Origin: Felis catus
Taxonomy: Eukaryota
Reading direction: 5' to 3'
NCBI RefSeq assembly: GCF_018350175.1
Contig: NC_058383.1
Coordinates: forward strand, 19,966,001-20,030,000
Length of the DNA: 64,000 nucleotides
Shown here piece by piece: positions 22,985 to 36,218 of this stretch. Under the pieces are notes generated by a model. The model saw only the letters and a list, made by a program, of their open reading frames with translations. It did not search any database and had not been told where the DNA came from. Position 1 is the stretch's first letter. The number at the start of each line of letters is the position of its first letter. The position numbers and the translations under genes are program-made.

Positions 22985-23800
22985 TCCATGGCTCCCTCTT
23001 ACCTTAAGATTCAGTCCAGACTCATGAACTTTGTATTCACATTCTTTCGCTACTGGTTCTAACCCAACCTAGCTACTCTTCGTTGTGCATGTGGTTCTCC
23101 AGATATTCTGTGCAATTTTCTCTTTCTTCAAAACCCCCCAGGTTTTCATTTCCCTATGCCGTTGCGCATTCTCTGACATCTGCCTGGCAAGCCCTTTTCC
23201 TGCCTTCTCATTTTTCAAAGCCCAGCAAAAGCGTCATGCCTGGAAATACTTCTACTTGACTTATTTATTACAAGCCCACTGTGTGTTAGGCACCGTGCTG
23301 GGGATTTACAGACGGATATGATATAGTTCGGGTCCATGTGCATCCCGGAATTAGCTAATGTGGCACTTTAACTGACTTATTGAAAGTATTTGCGTGTCTG
23401 TGTTCTTCCGCAAGCAATGGTTTCCCAACGTCCAGAGCTATGCCTTTTATCAGCTTACCACCGGTGCCTCTCCAGTGTCTGGCTAATACAGGTACTTGAT
23501 AGGTTCTTCTCGGGCAAAGAGGGCTCTATTATAATAGAATGCAAAGGCAGAAACCTGCAGTGAACTGTAGGGAGAGCCATTGGCGTTAAGCCTAGTAGCG
23601 AGGGAAGAGGGTGGTGATCTCATGGACCTGATCCTTGTGGATGATTTTAAGTGCGATGCTGCGATCTCTCTGGTTAGCGAGATGGGAAAGAGCAAGCTGC
23701 AGGATGCTTCCGTCCCTGTGCAATCAGCCAGGGACGCTTGCGGGGCCAGGCTGAAGAGGGCAGTGGGAGCGGGGATGGCCACAAGTGGACGAAAAGGGAC
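22985..23800. mobile_element. L2 fragments, both orientations
   Basis: tccatggctccc..ttcaaagcccagc..; tgtgttaggcaccgtgctgggga; gggagagccattgg. Confidence 0.5.
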
Positions 23801-23929
23801 GGTGGTCAGGACAAGGGGGCGTGTTGGGTAGGGTCGGGTGGAGAAGGAGGGTGGGGTGGGTTTGGCTCTCTGCCTGGATCACCGAGTGGGCAGAGGTTTC
23901 ATCCCTGGGATGGGGAGATGGGAGGAGCA

Positions 23930-24200
23930 GGTTTGGGAAGCAGAGGCTGCTTTTCAGAGGATGATTCACGCGGAGTGTTTTCTTAGGAAGTGAATTCCCA
24001 GGAAGCACTGGTAGAGCAGTGGGAACAAAGGGCGGGGTGGGGAAGGAGGCCAAGCAGTGGTAGGGTGAGTGGTGAAGTCCAGGGTAACCCGCAGGGGAGC
24101 CCTGGAGACAGCGTAGGTCACACCTCAGAGCTGTCCCTACCGTGTGCACCTGTCGATCGTTGCACCTGTCAATCGTTGGGTAAAGACAGCCCCCAGTGGG
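23930..24200 (-). mobile_element. ERVL LTR (LTR16-like)
   Basis: gaagcaga..ttaggaagtg..ttcccagga..ggccaagca..ggggagccctggag..cacctcagagctgtccc. Confidence 0.55.
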
Positions 24201-24464
24201 GGCATGAATCCTGAGCATTTCTGGCACCACGTGCAAACAGGACAAGTGGCTTCCTGCAGCCCGTGTGCAGCTCCCCCAACAAAACAACACACGGGCTGGC
24301 TGTCAGGAGTGGAAACCACAGGAAGGATCTAGGGGCTGCGGGCAGAGCAGCGAGGTGGCGAGTTAGAGAGGTGGTTTGGGATGTATCGAGTCCGGGTCAC
24401 CAGTGGGCTGGCTCATCTAAGCGGGGATCCTCTTTAGTGAGACGGGGGCTCTTTCCATCGATAT

Positions 24465-25990
24465 TGTAGCGTCTGTGCTGTGTGTCTGGTTCTGTTCTAG
24501 ATAACAAGGTCCTCACGGGACCCCCACTCCAGCGGCAGAGGGCAGACAAATGGATTATAACATGATGTCAGGCAGCAATAAGTGTGAGGAAGGAAAATAA
24601 GGCCGAGGAAGGGGACGGAGAGGGAAGGGCTGGGCCGGGGGTTGGCGAAGTCATCTTGAAGGGGGTGGCATCTGGGTCGCGACTTGCATGATGGGACAGA
24701 GCTGGCCGCACAAACATCTGGCGAAAGAGCATCCCAGGCAGAGGGACCCGAAGATGGAAACGCGCCTGGAGTGATGGCAGGAGGGACAGTGAGGTGGCTG
24801 TGGTCTTGGAGGGGGTGGCCAGAGACTAGGACGTGGAGCCTGCCCCTCGGCCCTGGGTTTTAATTCTGAGTGCGATGGGTGGTCATTGAGTAAATGGGTG
24901 ATAGGATTCGTACCTGTTGATTGATTGATTGATTGATTGATTTGCTTTTTAACCTCTTTGGGAGGTTATTCCTCTGGCAGCTGGGAGAAGAGAGGAAGCA
25001 GAGATTCTGGTATGCAAGATACCGCCGGTGACTGGGAAGCAGCAGTGGGGGTGTTGGGCAGCACACAGATTCAGAACATAATTCACCGTCGCGCCGACAG
25101 GACCTTGTACTGTGTGGCACAAGGGGCGCGAAGGGGCGGGGGGGGCGGGTCAGGATGGATCTTGGTTTTTCTGCTCGAACGGCAGAGGGAAGGGGCCATT
25201 TGCTGAAATGGGGGAGATGGGGAGATCTACCAGAGAAGTAGGTGTGGGTGTCAGCTCAGCTCCCCTGTTGGTCAGGTTTAGGAGTGAAGCATCCAGGTGG
25301 AGACTGTAAGTCTGGACTTCTGGGTGGACGTTGGGAGCTGTCAGCCTGTTGGTGATATTTAAAGACAGAGAGCTGGGGCGCCTGGGTGGCGCAGTCGGTT
25401 GAGCGTCCGACTTCAGCCAGGTCACGATCTCGCGGTCCGGGAGTTCGAGCCCCGCGTCGGGCTCTGGGCTGCTGGCTCGGAGCCTGGAGCCTGTTTCCGA
25501 TTCTGTGTCTCCCTCTCTCTCTGCCCCTCCCCCGTTCATGCTCTGTCTCTCTCTGTCCCACAAATAAATAAACGTTGAAAAAAAAATTAAAAAAATAAAT
25601 AAATAAAGACAGAGAGCTTGGAGAGCTCCCCTCAGGAGTGAGTGCAGCTAGAGAAACGGTCAAAGAAGCATCCTGGGGCTTTTCCTGTCGCGTTAGGAAG
25701 CAGGAGGCAAACCCCAGCTAAGAAGGCAAGAGAGGGAGGCTTTGGGCAAGAGGAAAAGCAGGAGAACAATCATGAAAGCAGTATTTCAGGGAGGAGAGAG
25801 CGACCAACTGAGCCACATCCCGCGGGGACCCTGGAGTCGGATGTGGCGAGATGGAGGTGGAAGGGAATGAATCTGGGAGCAGAGGCGATGAGCGCGGAGT
25901 CCTTCCGTAGGAAGCTGAGAACGGTAGTCTCGCTGGTTTCTGTTGACACAAGAGCTCTTTCAGCATGTCTTATGCTGATAGGATTGATGC
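24465..25990 (-). mobile_element. L2 LINE, long decayed fragment
   Basis: ggaaggaaaataagg..gagcatcccaggcagaggga..ccatttgctgaaatgggg..catccaggtggagac. Confidence 0.65.
25375..25605 (+). mobile_element. Young SINEC_Fc
   Basis: TSD aaagacagagagct. Confidence 0.97.
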
Positions 25991-26044
25991 CATCTGGACA
26001 GTCTGACTCAGGGGACGGTTCCGAGCGGGAGACAGAAGTTTGAG

Positions 26045-26480
26045 AGTTGTCAGGGAGATGCTGGCCGCTCCAAATAACAGGAGAAAAAAAATGATCCCAA
26101 TTGCCACAAATAATAAGGAGACCCCCTCTATCTCATGAAGCAGTAGTTCCAGAGGTAAGGTGCGTTCCAGAGTTGATCGCATTGACTCATCAGCTCAATG
26201 ACATCATCAAAGACCCAAATTCTTAGTGTGTCCCTTCTCTGTTCTCCATTGTTCAGGCTTCATCCGAGGGCTGCCAGTGGCCATGTGGCCACATACTTCT
26301 CTATTCATATCCGGCAGAAGAGAGAAAACCTCTCCAAAAGATTACTACAGCCATTCCCTCTGCCTGGCCAACTTAAATCATGTGTCCACAGTCGCCACAG
26401 GAAAGTATGCAATGGTCGGCTGGCAATGACTTAGACTGGAGCACTGCCCCAGGATGAGGCTAGCCCTCCTGATGACCTTT
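26045..26480 (-). mobile_element. MaLR LTR (MLT1-type, old)
   Basis: aaataacag..ttccagaggtaagg..cagctcaatgacatcatcaaagaccca. Confidence 0.6.
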
Positions 26481-26908
26481 CTCATTTGGACACGGGGCAG
26501 GACACGTCCTAGCCATTCATACGAAGATGGGGGCCGTGGATGCAGGGAGGGTGCCAGCCTTCATCTGGAGTGAGAATTATTTTGGACAAGGACCAGTGTC
26601 TGATATTGGACCCTCTTTATGGCGGAAGGTTCTGTGTCCAAGCGGGGGAAAATATGCATGGGGAACTTATGGCCCGCCTAAACAGCACAGCCAAACAAAG
26701 GGTGGGATCCAATAAGGTAAGGCATTGGCCCCAGGCTAACGACCAGTTCAAAAGACTTCAGGTTAGGCCTATAGAGTCGGGATCTCTTTGGAATCTTGTG
26801 GGCCATTCCCATGGACCTATGCCCTCCAGTCTTCATGAACAGCTCTCTGAACCCAATGTCTGGCAAAAAGCATAGTCAATGCAGCCTAGCGGAAAGAGCA
26901 TAAGTTTT

Positions 26909-27127
26909 CTTTTCTTTTCTTTTTTCTTTTTTTACATTTATTCATTTTTGAGAGACAGAGCACAAGTGGGGGAGGGGCAGAGAGAGAAGGAGACACAGAA
27001 TCCGAAGCAGGTTCCAGGCTCTAAGCCGTCAGCACAGAGCCCCACTTGGGGCTTGAACTCACCAACCACGAGATCATGACCTGAGCTGAAGTCAGATGCT
27101 TAAACGACTGAGCCACCCAGGGGCCCC
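26909..27127 (-). mobile_element. SINEC_Fc
   Basis: TSD aagagcataagtttt. Confidence 0.95.
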
Positions 27128-27144
27128 AAGAGCATAAGTTTTAA

Positions 27145-27325
27145 AGACATACCTGGGTTCGTGTGACCGCGCGTAAGTGACATGGCATTTCTCAACCACC
27201 ATTTCCTCTTCCGTAAAGTGGGTAACATGTCAAATATTATCATGGGGGTGCTGGGAGTATTAAATGAGATAATGCATGGAAAGCTTTTAGCAAATGCCAA
27301 GCACAGAGTAAGCACTCAACACGTT
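27145..27325 (+). mobile_element. MIR
   Basis: acctgggttc..tttcctcttccgtaaagtggg..attaaatgagataatgcatg. Confidence 0.75.
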
Positions 27326-27559
27326 GAGGTGAATAGGAACCAGGGTCTTCCGATCACAAGGGCAGCTGTTCGCCTTACTCACATGGAAGACGGAGACGAT
27401 ATCAACAACCACACCTTGGCCAAACCACCACACCGTGAGGCTGATGAAAACAGAACACAAAAATGGTCAAGGAAATCTCCCTTCTTCGCTCACCTTGTCA
27501 GAGACAATGAACAGAAGCACCTCGTGCCCCGGTCTCCCGACTTCATTACTATTCCAGAT

Positions 27560-28090
27560 GCACGCTCATGGTCTCATCATGCCAGACCCTTCAGTTGCTC
27601 ACTGTCTCGGGCGGAAGCAAGTCCCAAATCCTTAATCTGACATTCAGATTGCTTTATGACCTAGAGTCCTACTTACATTTTCACTGTCTTCTCTTGACAT
27701 TTAAGCTTTGTTCGCTTGGCTCTTGCTACGTTCTTGTTGTTTCATTCAGTCTATGAAGCCGTGCTCCTTCATGCCTCCCGCGTGCTACTTTAGCCTGAAC
27801 CTCCCTTGCCTAAAACTCCCACCTGTTCCCTTCCACCCTGATCCCCCTTTCCTAGGTCAGCTCCTAGTGACACTTTGGGTCTTGGCTTACTGACGTATCC
27901 TTGGCTTACTGACTGGGGAGGACTTACCTGGTATCCTGGACTACTGTTATATGTTCCCCTAGTACCTGAAGTTCCTCTTAGCACCTATGCAGTTGAAATT
28001 AATTACTTATTGGGATAATTGTTTATTTATATTCTCTCTGTCTCTCTTGTTGGTCTTTAAACTCCATGAAGATAGACAGTGTATTTCTTG
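27560..28090 (+). mobile_element. L2 fragment
   Basis: cttcagttgctcac..aagtcccaaatcctta..taaactccatgaagatagac. Confidence 0.55.
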
Positions 28091-28142
28091 AAGAAACAAC
28101 AACAACAACAAAAACAAAATCGTGCACTATGCCAGAAATCTT

Positions 28143-28365
28143 TTTTTTTTTAATTTTTAAAAAGATGTTTATATTTATATTTGAGAGAGAGAGACAGAGC
28201 ATGAACAGGGGAGGGGCAGAGAGAGATGGAGACAGAATCTGAAGCAGGTTCCAGGCTCTGAGCTGTCAGCACAGAGCCTGATGTGGGGCTTGAACCCACA
28301 AACCGTGAGATTATGACCTGAGCCGAAGTCGGATGCTTAAACAACTGAGCCACCCAAGCACCCCC
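28143..28365 (-). mobile_element. SINEC_Fc
   Basis: TSD ccagaaatctt. Confidence 0.95.
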
Positions 28366-28409
28366 AGAAATCTTAAAAAGTAAAACAATGGCAAAGATTC
28401 TTGCCTTTC

Positions 28410-28610
28410 ATCTATCCATACATTTGTCCTTCCACTCAGCTACTCCATCCATCCATCATCCATCCATCCATCCATCCATCCATCCATCCATCCATCCCTC
28501 CACTTATCCATTCATCTTTCTACTGAAGGACTCATCTATCCATCCAACCACCCATCTACCCAACCACCCATCCATCCATCCACCCACCCACCCCCCCACC
28601 CACTCTATCT
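28410..28610. repeat. Degenerate (CCAT)n/(CCAC)n tract
   Basis: Direct. Confidence 0.9.
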
Positions 28611-30022
28611 AGTTCATTCAAGATGACAAACGTTCTGACGAATAAGTATCAGACCCTTGCTAAACACCATGGAGCCTCATTTACACATTCATTGATTCTG
28701 CCACTCTTTCAAAATTTATAGGAGATGCACTTCGTTGCCATCACAGGACAAGTGGGCAAATATCTAAGTCCTATCTGAAAGAGAATATTGAAGTGTCAAA
28801 AAGCAAGTCTAAAATATGTTTTCAGTCAAGAGGGACGGGGCAGGTTGGGACCCAAAGCTAAATGAGTTGTTACGATAAGCTGTGAAGGTTTAGTTGAGGG
28901 GAAGGAACTGCTGGCAAGGGCTGGCAGCCTGACCAGCGTGAGAGCTGGGTGTCTGTGGGGCTTCTGGGGGCTCTCAGAAGCACTGCAGTGTGCGGTAGGC
29001 AATCCTCATGCATAATGCATATACGATGCGTAATGAAGCGGGCAAGCCAATTCTTTTCTGGGGACTGGGCCAGGGCAGCAGTATTTAAGCTTACCCGTGG
29101 CAACGTGCTGGCAGTGGCCGAGATCACTTGTTAGTCCTAGCCCCTTGAGTCCATTTCTGCTCTAGTTTCCTTACCTAGGATGTAAGCCCAGAACATTTGG
29201 CTGGAGCCCCCCTATCCTCCCTGGACCCCATCCTCTAAGCCCCTAAGGTGACTCTGATCGAGTCACGAGACTCTGATCACCTGAGGCAGGCTTGGCATCA
29301 CGGTCCGGTCTCCTATCTAAAGGACCCCCGGAACATCGGGCTTGAGTTCACCGCTAGCCCTCGTCCCACCTTGGTCTTGCACATAGTGAGCTCGGATCGT
29401 CGGAAATGTCCCCCCCATTCCTTACTTCTCCCAATGATTCTTACCAGACAGACCCGTTCAGAGGGTTAAGTGAGTTAACACACAGAAAGGGCTTCTAGTA
29501 GTGCCTGGGGTGTGGTGTTAGCCATTGTTATTGGAGCCGCTGTTGCCTACGTCCCGGGTCACATTCCTAACCCTTTCCACTAATTCTTAGCGCAACTAAC
29601 TTACGTGTGATCTGGGGCAAGCCCCGTAACACCTCTGGATGTCAGCCTCCCTACCTGAAGTCACCCCAGAGACCTTCTTTAACTACAACTTGCCTGGTTT
29701 CGACAGGCCTAATTCTCGGATTCCTGGAGTAGCGTGTCGGTTCACTGATACGGGTACAGTGGCAAGTGATTAAAAAGCAAAGAGCAAATGAGCTGAAGCG
29801 CAAGACGACTTGTGGTGGTTGTCGTTCACCAGGTGATGTCACTAGGGTCACCGTTGTGTCCCTTTCTCCCCTTGAATGTCCTCAGTATTGGCTTCTTCCT
29901 CAGGCAGGCTCTCCCCGGGTGCTGGCAGGCTTTGGGTTTTCAACCTACCAGCTTCGTAACTGCAGATGGAAGACGGTGCCTTTTTCCTTTTCCGTTTCTT
30001 TTTCTTTCTCTTGCAATTTTTT

Positions 30023-30244
30023 TTTAACTTTTTTTTTTTAACGTTTTTATTTATTTTTGAGACAGAGAGAGACAGAGCATGAAGGGGGGAGGGGCAGAGA
30101 GAGAAGGAGACACAGAATCGGAAGCAGGCTCCAGGCCCTGAGCCATCAGCCCAGAGCCCGACGCGGGGCTCGAACACACGGACCGCGAGATCGTGACCTG
30201 AGCTGAAGTCGGACGCTTAACCGACTGCGCCACCCAGGCGCCCC
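30023..30244 (-). mobile_element. SINEC_Fc
   Basis: TSD tctcttgcaattttt. Confidence 0.96.
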
Positions 30245-30261
30245 TCTCTTGCAATTTTTAA

Positions 30262-30655
30262 AACTGTTTTAATGTTCATTCCAGTATAGTTAGCATACAG
30301 CGTTCCGTTAGTTTCAGACGTGCAATAGAGTGACTCAGCACTTCCGTACCTCACCCGGTGCTCATTGTGACAGGTGCCCCCCTTCATCCCCGTCGCCTGG
30401 GGATGTCACCCTCCTGCCACCCGCCTCCCCTCTGGAAGCAGCAGTCTGTTGTCTACAGTTAAGAGTCTGTTATTGGTTTGTGTCTCTTTCTTTTTCCCTT
30501 GGCTTTTTTGTTTGTTTGTTTGGTTTCTTAAATTCCACGTGTGAGTGACATCATATGGCCTTTGTCTTTCTCTGACTGACTTATTTCTCTAGCTCCAACC
30601 ATGTCATTGCAAATGGCAAGATTTCATTCCCTTTTATGGCCGAGTAATAAAACAA

Positions 30656-30702
<47 letters not shown>

Positions 30703-30705
30703 AGT

Positions 30706-30750
<45 letters not shown>

Positions 30751-31060
30751 ACCACTTCTTTATCCACCCATCAGTCAGTGGACACTTGGGCTCTTTCTAT
30801 AATTTGGCTATTGTACATAATGCTGCTATAACCACTGGGATCCAGTGCATGTATCCTTCTGAGTTAGTATTTTTGCCTTTTTTTTTTCCTGTAAATACCC
30901 AGCGGTGCGATTACTGGATGGGAGGGTAGTCCTATTTTTAACTTTTTGAGGAATCTCCGTACCGTTTTCCACGGTGGCTGCACCAGTTTGCATTCCCGCC
31001 GACAGTGCGAGAGGGTTCCTGTGTCTCCACATCCTCGCCAACACTTGTTGTTTCCTCTCT
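30262..31060 (-). mobile_element. L1 (carnivore-type) 3' end with (TA)n(CA)n at 30657-30745
   Basis: ccagtatagttag..ttgcaaatggcaagatttcattc..ggctgcaccagtttgcattccc. Confidence 0.9.
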
Positions 31061-31069
31061 TAAGTTTTA

Positions 31070-31289
31070 TTCTAATTTTTACTTTATTTACGTATTTATT
31101 TATTTTTTTTATTTTAGAGGGAGAGCATGCAGGTCGGTGGGGGAGGGGCAGAGGGAGAGAGAATCCTAAGCAGGCTCCACGCTCAGTGCCGACCCCAACG
31201 CAGGGGCTCGATCCCATGACCCTGGGATCGCGACCTGAGCCAAAATCAGGAGTTGGATGCTCAACCAACTGGACAACCCAGGTGTCCCT
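31070..31289 (-). mobile_element. Can-SINE (older)
   Basis: SINE consensus. Confidence 0.9.
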
Positions 31290-31299
31290 TCTTTTAATT

Positions 31300-31300
31300 T

Positions 31301-31343
<43 letters not shown>

Positions 31344-31552
31344 TTTTTTAACGTTTATTTATTTTTGAGACAGAGAGAGACAGAGCATGAACAGGGGAGG
31401 GGCAGAGAGAGAGGGAGACACAGAATCAGAAGCAGGCTCCAGGCTCTGAGCTGTCAGCCCAGAGCCCGACGCGGAGTTTGAACTCACGAACTGAGAGATC
31501 ATGACCTGAGCCAAAGTCGGACGCTTAACCGACTGAGCCACCCAGGCGCCCC
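31300..31552 (-). mobile_element. SINEC_Fc with (TTTA)n tail
   Basis: SINE consensus. Confidence 0.95.
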
Positions 31553-32079
31553 TAATTTTTAAATAAATTTTTTTAATTAAAAAATGTCTCCAGTTTCCTT
31601 GAGATATGACTGACGTAGAGACAGTGCCTTGGATCCAAAGTCCCAGAATTACTTCTGCAGGGCTGAATTGGATCAGGCACCCCTGCCTGAAGCACTGACT
31701 ACGGCCAGAATGAGGGTGGTCTGCGTTCCCGATCAACCCCTGAAATCCGTGATGGGGGTGGGCGCCATCAGCCTCACCAGATCGGGAAACGCTAGGGGCT
31801 GGAGCCCCAGGGCAAACTGGGGTACTCCTTGTGCTAGAAGGAGGGGTGGGTGCAGAGTAGGTAAAACAACGGATGTCTATAAAAAGGGAACATGAATGCG
31901 GCCTGTCCTGCACCGGTTCCCCTTTCTGGAACCTTCCGTCATTGGATTCCTTGAAGGTGATCCTCCTTTTCTTGGTTTTCCTTCTTTTACCAGAACACCG
32001 TCTTACCCTTATCGGCTTGCTGAGCAATTCCTCGCCCTTGAGAATTGTGGGGAACAGAGCCTTGTCACTACAGGAAGGG

Positions 32080-32285
32080 CCCATTGTTCTTCCCTGTGCT
32101 CCCATAGTGCCTTGCGCTGATCTACAACCCAGAGCCCCCGATGATGTTATGCGCACACTTATTTCCATGCCTGCCTCCTCCACTAAATTGTGAGCCCCGG
32201 AGGGCAGTGACTGTGGGATTTATCTCTGTGGCTCTAGGGCCCGCAGTGGTTACAGTACATAGTAGGCACTTAATAAATGTTCCTT
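32080..32285 (+). mobile_element. L2 3' end
   Basis: ctaaattgtgagcccc..agggcag..acatagtaggcacttaataaatgtt. Confidence 0.7.
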
Positions 32286-33129
32286 GCATTAAAAAGATTC
32301 AATCAAGGTGCAATTTATCTAAGCCTTGCCAGTGCCCCCAACCACACATCATTTGCCTGCATCCTGGAGGATGCTGGGAAGATCAATGCAACAATATCAC
32401 AAAAGGCCCTGGAGAGGAAGGCAGCCAGTGAAGACAAGGTTTTGTTATTAGTGGTGTATCGCTTATTAAGGGACCCTGGCACATTGCATCTGCCGGGGGG
32501 GAGGGGGGGGCCGGCAGAAGAATCGGAAAGTCGTGATCAGAATGCCCAAGTGGAAAAAAGTTCGGTTGGCAAATGCCGAAGACATCAGCTAAAGAGCCCA
32601 TCATTTACATTGGATTAGCAGGTGAAAGATGATGGGACCGTTGCGACAATCCCTTCTTGGCGTATGAACATCTCATTTATAAAAATATTGATTCTACTCC
32701 TTTGGACGTAATTGATTAATTATATTTTGGGAGAGAAAAATCGTTCCCAGGTCTCTGCAGGGTTCGCCTGGCCTCATCTCACCATGTCCGTCCCTCCTCC
32801 CCACCCCCCGACTGTGGAATAACCTTATTTTTCAAGACTGCGTCTTCTCCCTCTCTGCAGGTGGGGCGGGGGGGGGGGGCTGCAGAGTCTACGAGAAAAT
32901 GGGAAAGAATCTGTCTTTGTGAACGCCTTAGGTGGACTACACGAAGAAATAGTCTAAAGATAGAATATCACAGTCATAATCTTACGAACGGAAAGCATCA
33001 CAGAAATCAACTCAGAAATTAACTTCAAATCTTACAGCCCACCGCTCACTGTACCTCAGCGGGGGATGGGCCAGGAAAGTGGAAAATCCGAAACACATTG
33101 CCACGTTAACTTTCCGCCCGTCATGAAAA

Positions 33130-33895
33130 GCCCAGTACATGTGCTCTGTGGAAAATTAGAACAATGCAGAGCAAAGAAGAAAATAAAAAATGATCTTCCA
33201 TTATCCTGCCACGTTAAGAAAATCACTGTTAATATTTTAGAGTATGTATTTTCAGTAATTTTGTTTTACAACATTGGAATTATTCTCCACATATAACTTT
33301 GCAGCCTGGCCTTTCATTTATTATGAGACGGGGTGATGATTTCTTCTTGCTATTGCCTTTCACAACATCATTTTTAATGGATGGGTAGTAGTTTTTTTTA
33401 TATATATTTGTATAATACTATCTTTATTTAGGGGCGCCTGGGTGGCTCAGTCGGTTCAGCATCTGACTTCCACTCGGGTCATGATCTCACGGTCTGTGAG
33501 TTCGAGCCCCGCCTCGGGCTCTGTGCTGACAGCTCGGAGCCTGGAGCCTGCTTCGGATCCTGTGTCTCCTCCTCTCTCTGCCCCTCCCCTGCTCATGCTC
33601 TGTGTCTCTCTGTCTCTCAATAATAAATAAACGTTAAAAAAAAAGTTTAAAAAATACTATCTTCATTTCCCCAGTGTTGGGTTTTTAGTATGCCTCTAGT
33701 TTTCTTGTTTTGCTATTAAAAGTAACAGTGCAATTAGCATTGTGATCTATAAAGCTCTGCATAGATCTCTAGATACTTCCTTAGGCTGTATTTCCCAGAG
33801 GGTGACCCTGCTGGAGCAAAGGTTGTTCATATTTTCAGGATTTTGGTATATATTTGAGACTGTCTTCCAGAAAATATGCATCGACTTATGCTTTC
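33130..33895 (-). mobile_element. Old L1ME-type fragment
   Basis: aatcactgttaatattttagagtat..catttttaatgg..caaaggtt..ttccagaaa. Confidence 0.55.
33431..33650 (+). mobile_element. SINEC_Fc
   Basis: TSD aatactatctt. Confidence 0.95.
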
Positions 33896-33914
33896 AGTAG
33901 GACTTTTTTCCCCC

Positions 33915-34583
33915 TATTTATTTATTTTAAATATAATTTATTGTCAACTTAGCTAATATACATTGTATAGTGTGCTCTTGGTTTTGGGGGTAGATTCCGT
34001 GATTCATCGCTTTCATACAACACCCAGGGCTCATCCCGACAGGTGCCCTCCTCAGACCCATCACCCATTTTCCCCTCTCCCCCATAGCCCTCCTTCCCAT
34101 CAACCCTCAGTTTGTTCTCTGTATTTAAGAGTCTCTTATGATTTGCCTCCCTGTCTGTTTGAAGCTTCCCCCATGGTCTTCTGTTAACTTTCTCGAGTTC
34201 CACATATGAGTGAAAACATATGGTATCTTTCTCTGACTTATTTCACTTAGCAGAATGCCCTCCAATTCTATCTACGTTGTTGCAAATGGCAGGATTTCAT
34301 TCTTTCTCATCACCAAGTAGTATTCCATTACATATATAAACCACATCTTTATCCACTCATCACTTGATGGACATCTGGGCTCTTTCCATAATTTGGCTAT
34401 TGTTGAAAGTGCTGCTATAAACATTGGGGTACAGGTGCCCCTATGCATCAGTACTCCTGTATCCCTTGGGTGAATTCCTAGCGGTGCCATTGCTGGGTCA
34501 TCAGGTAGATCTATTTTTAATTTTTTGAGGAGCCTCCACGCTGTTTTCCAGAGCGGCTGCACCAGTTTGCATTCCCACCAATC
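33915..34583 (-). mobile_element. Felid/carnivore L1, 5'-truncated (ORF2 C-terminus + 3'UTR)
   Basis: ORF 34272-34613 [39 protein letters not shown] matches L1 ORF2p C-terminus. Confidence 0.95.
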
Positions 34584-34837
34584 GTGGTACTTATTTTCTG
34601 GCACCCTGGTCAAGGCATGATATTAGCATCATTTGTTAAAAAAGCAAAAAGTTGCCAACTTGATAGCCAAAGAGAAGTGTCCCATTTTTCTTTGCTTCTT
34701 TTCGTAAATAGCTTTATTGAGATAGAATTCACATACCGTAAATTCATCTGTTTAACATGCACCCTTCAATGTTTTTAGTATATTCAAAAGGTTGTGCAAC
34801 CACCACCCTGATCTCGTTTTAGAGCATTTTCATTCCT

Positions 34838-35056
34838 GGGGCACCTGGGTGGCTCAGTCAGTTAAGCATCCGACTTCGGTTCAGGTTATGATCTCATGGT
34901 TCGGGGGTTCGAGCCCCGCGCCTGGCTCTGTGCTGACAGCTCGGAGCCTGGAGTCTGCTTCGGATTCTGTGTCTCCCTCTCTGTGCTCCTCCCCTGCTCA
35001 CACTCTGTCTCTGTCTCTGTCTCTCTCGCTCTAAAAAATAAACATTAAAAAAAAAA
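34838..35056 (+). mobile_element. SINEC_Fc
   Basis: TSD tagagcattttc/tagaacattttc. Confidence 0.95.
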
Positions 35057-35816
35057 TCTAGAACATTTTCCTCCCTTCAGAAAGGATCCCTGAGTCCATG
35101 GAAGTCTTCATTTCCTCTCCCCCTAAGAGGAGAGGAAATTGATCCATCTTCTGGGTCTTTTTATTTGCCCTTTCTGAACATTTCATATAAACCCCATTTC
35201 ACATATGTATTCTGGAATCATATAATAGATGGTGTCCGGTGACTGAACGTTTTTCACTGACCATAATGTTTCCAAGGATTCTCCATGTGGGAGCAAGAAT
35301 AAGTCCTTCCTTCCTCTTTTCTCATGGCTGAACAATAGTCTCCTGTGTGGACACACATTTTGTTTACTCGTTCATTCGTTGATGGACATCCGGGCCGTTT
35401 CCACTTCTTGTCTGTTATGAATAGTGCCGCTGTGACCATTCATGTGCCCATTTTTCTGTGGATGTCTATTTTCATTTCTCTTGGGTGTCGCCCGTGCATT
35501 GAATTCCTGGGTCATGTGTTAGCCTTATAGGTTTACCTTTTTGTAGAACTACTAGACGGTTTTCCACAGCAACTACACTGTTTCACGTACCTACCAGCGA
35601 TGACAAAAGGCTCCCATTTCTCCACATGCTCCCCAAAACTTCCTGTCTGTCTTTCTGATGACAAGTGACTTCAGTGAGTGCAGAGTGGTGGCTCAACATG
35701 GTTTTCATTTGTACTTACCCGATGGCCAATGACGTGGACATCGGACAGCTCTTCATGTGTTGGCTGGTCATCTGTGTATTTTCTTTGAGAATTGCTCCCG
35801 GGTTCTTTGCCCATTG

Positions 35817-35967
35817 TTTTTTTTGGTGTTTTGTTTTGTTTTGTTTTCAGTACTCTCCACGCCCAGTGTGGAGCTGGATGTGGGGCTCCAACTCAGGACC
35901 GTGAGATCAAGACCTGAGCTGAGATCAAGAGTTGGACAGTCAGCTGACTGAGCCACCCAAGTGCCCC
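35817..35967 (-). mobile_element. Short Can-SINE
   Basis: gacctgagctgagatcaagag..gactgagccacc; TSD ctttgcccatt. Confidence 0.85.
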
Positions 35968-36005
35968 ACTTTGCCCATTTCTAAATTGGGTTCTTTGTCT
36001 TCTTA

Positions 36006-36218
36006 TTTTTTTAAATGTTTTTATTTATTTTTGAGACAGAGAGAGACAGAGCATGAGCAGGGGAGGGGCAGAGAGAGAGGGAGACACAGAATCCGAAGCA
36101 GGCTCCAGTCTCTGAGCTGCCAGCACACAGCCCGACGCGGGGCTCGAACTCACGGACTGTGAGATCGTGACCTGAGCTGAAGTCGGATGCTTAACGGACT
36201 GAGCCACCCAGGCGCCCC
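36006..36218 (-). mobile_element. SINEC_Fc
   Basis: TSD tttgtcttcttat. Confidence 0.95.

Noticed and set aside
27921..27931. ACTTACCTGG (U1 5' end / minus-strand consensus donor)
   Set aside because: Only 10 nt, inside L2, with no further U1 match or upstream exon
31359..32183. 274-aa ORF (minus)
   Set aside because: Runs through L2 debris and ends in a SINE translation (VAQSVKRPT..SLSQK)
34272..34613. L1 ORF2-homologous ORFs (also 10210-10653 and 38984-39250) as functional or domesticated genes
   Set aside because: Short, truncated, flanked by frameshifts and stops; the RT catalytic motif region is degenerate
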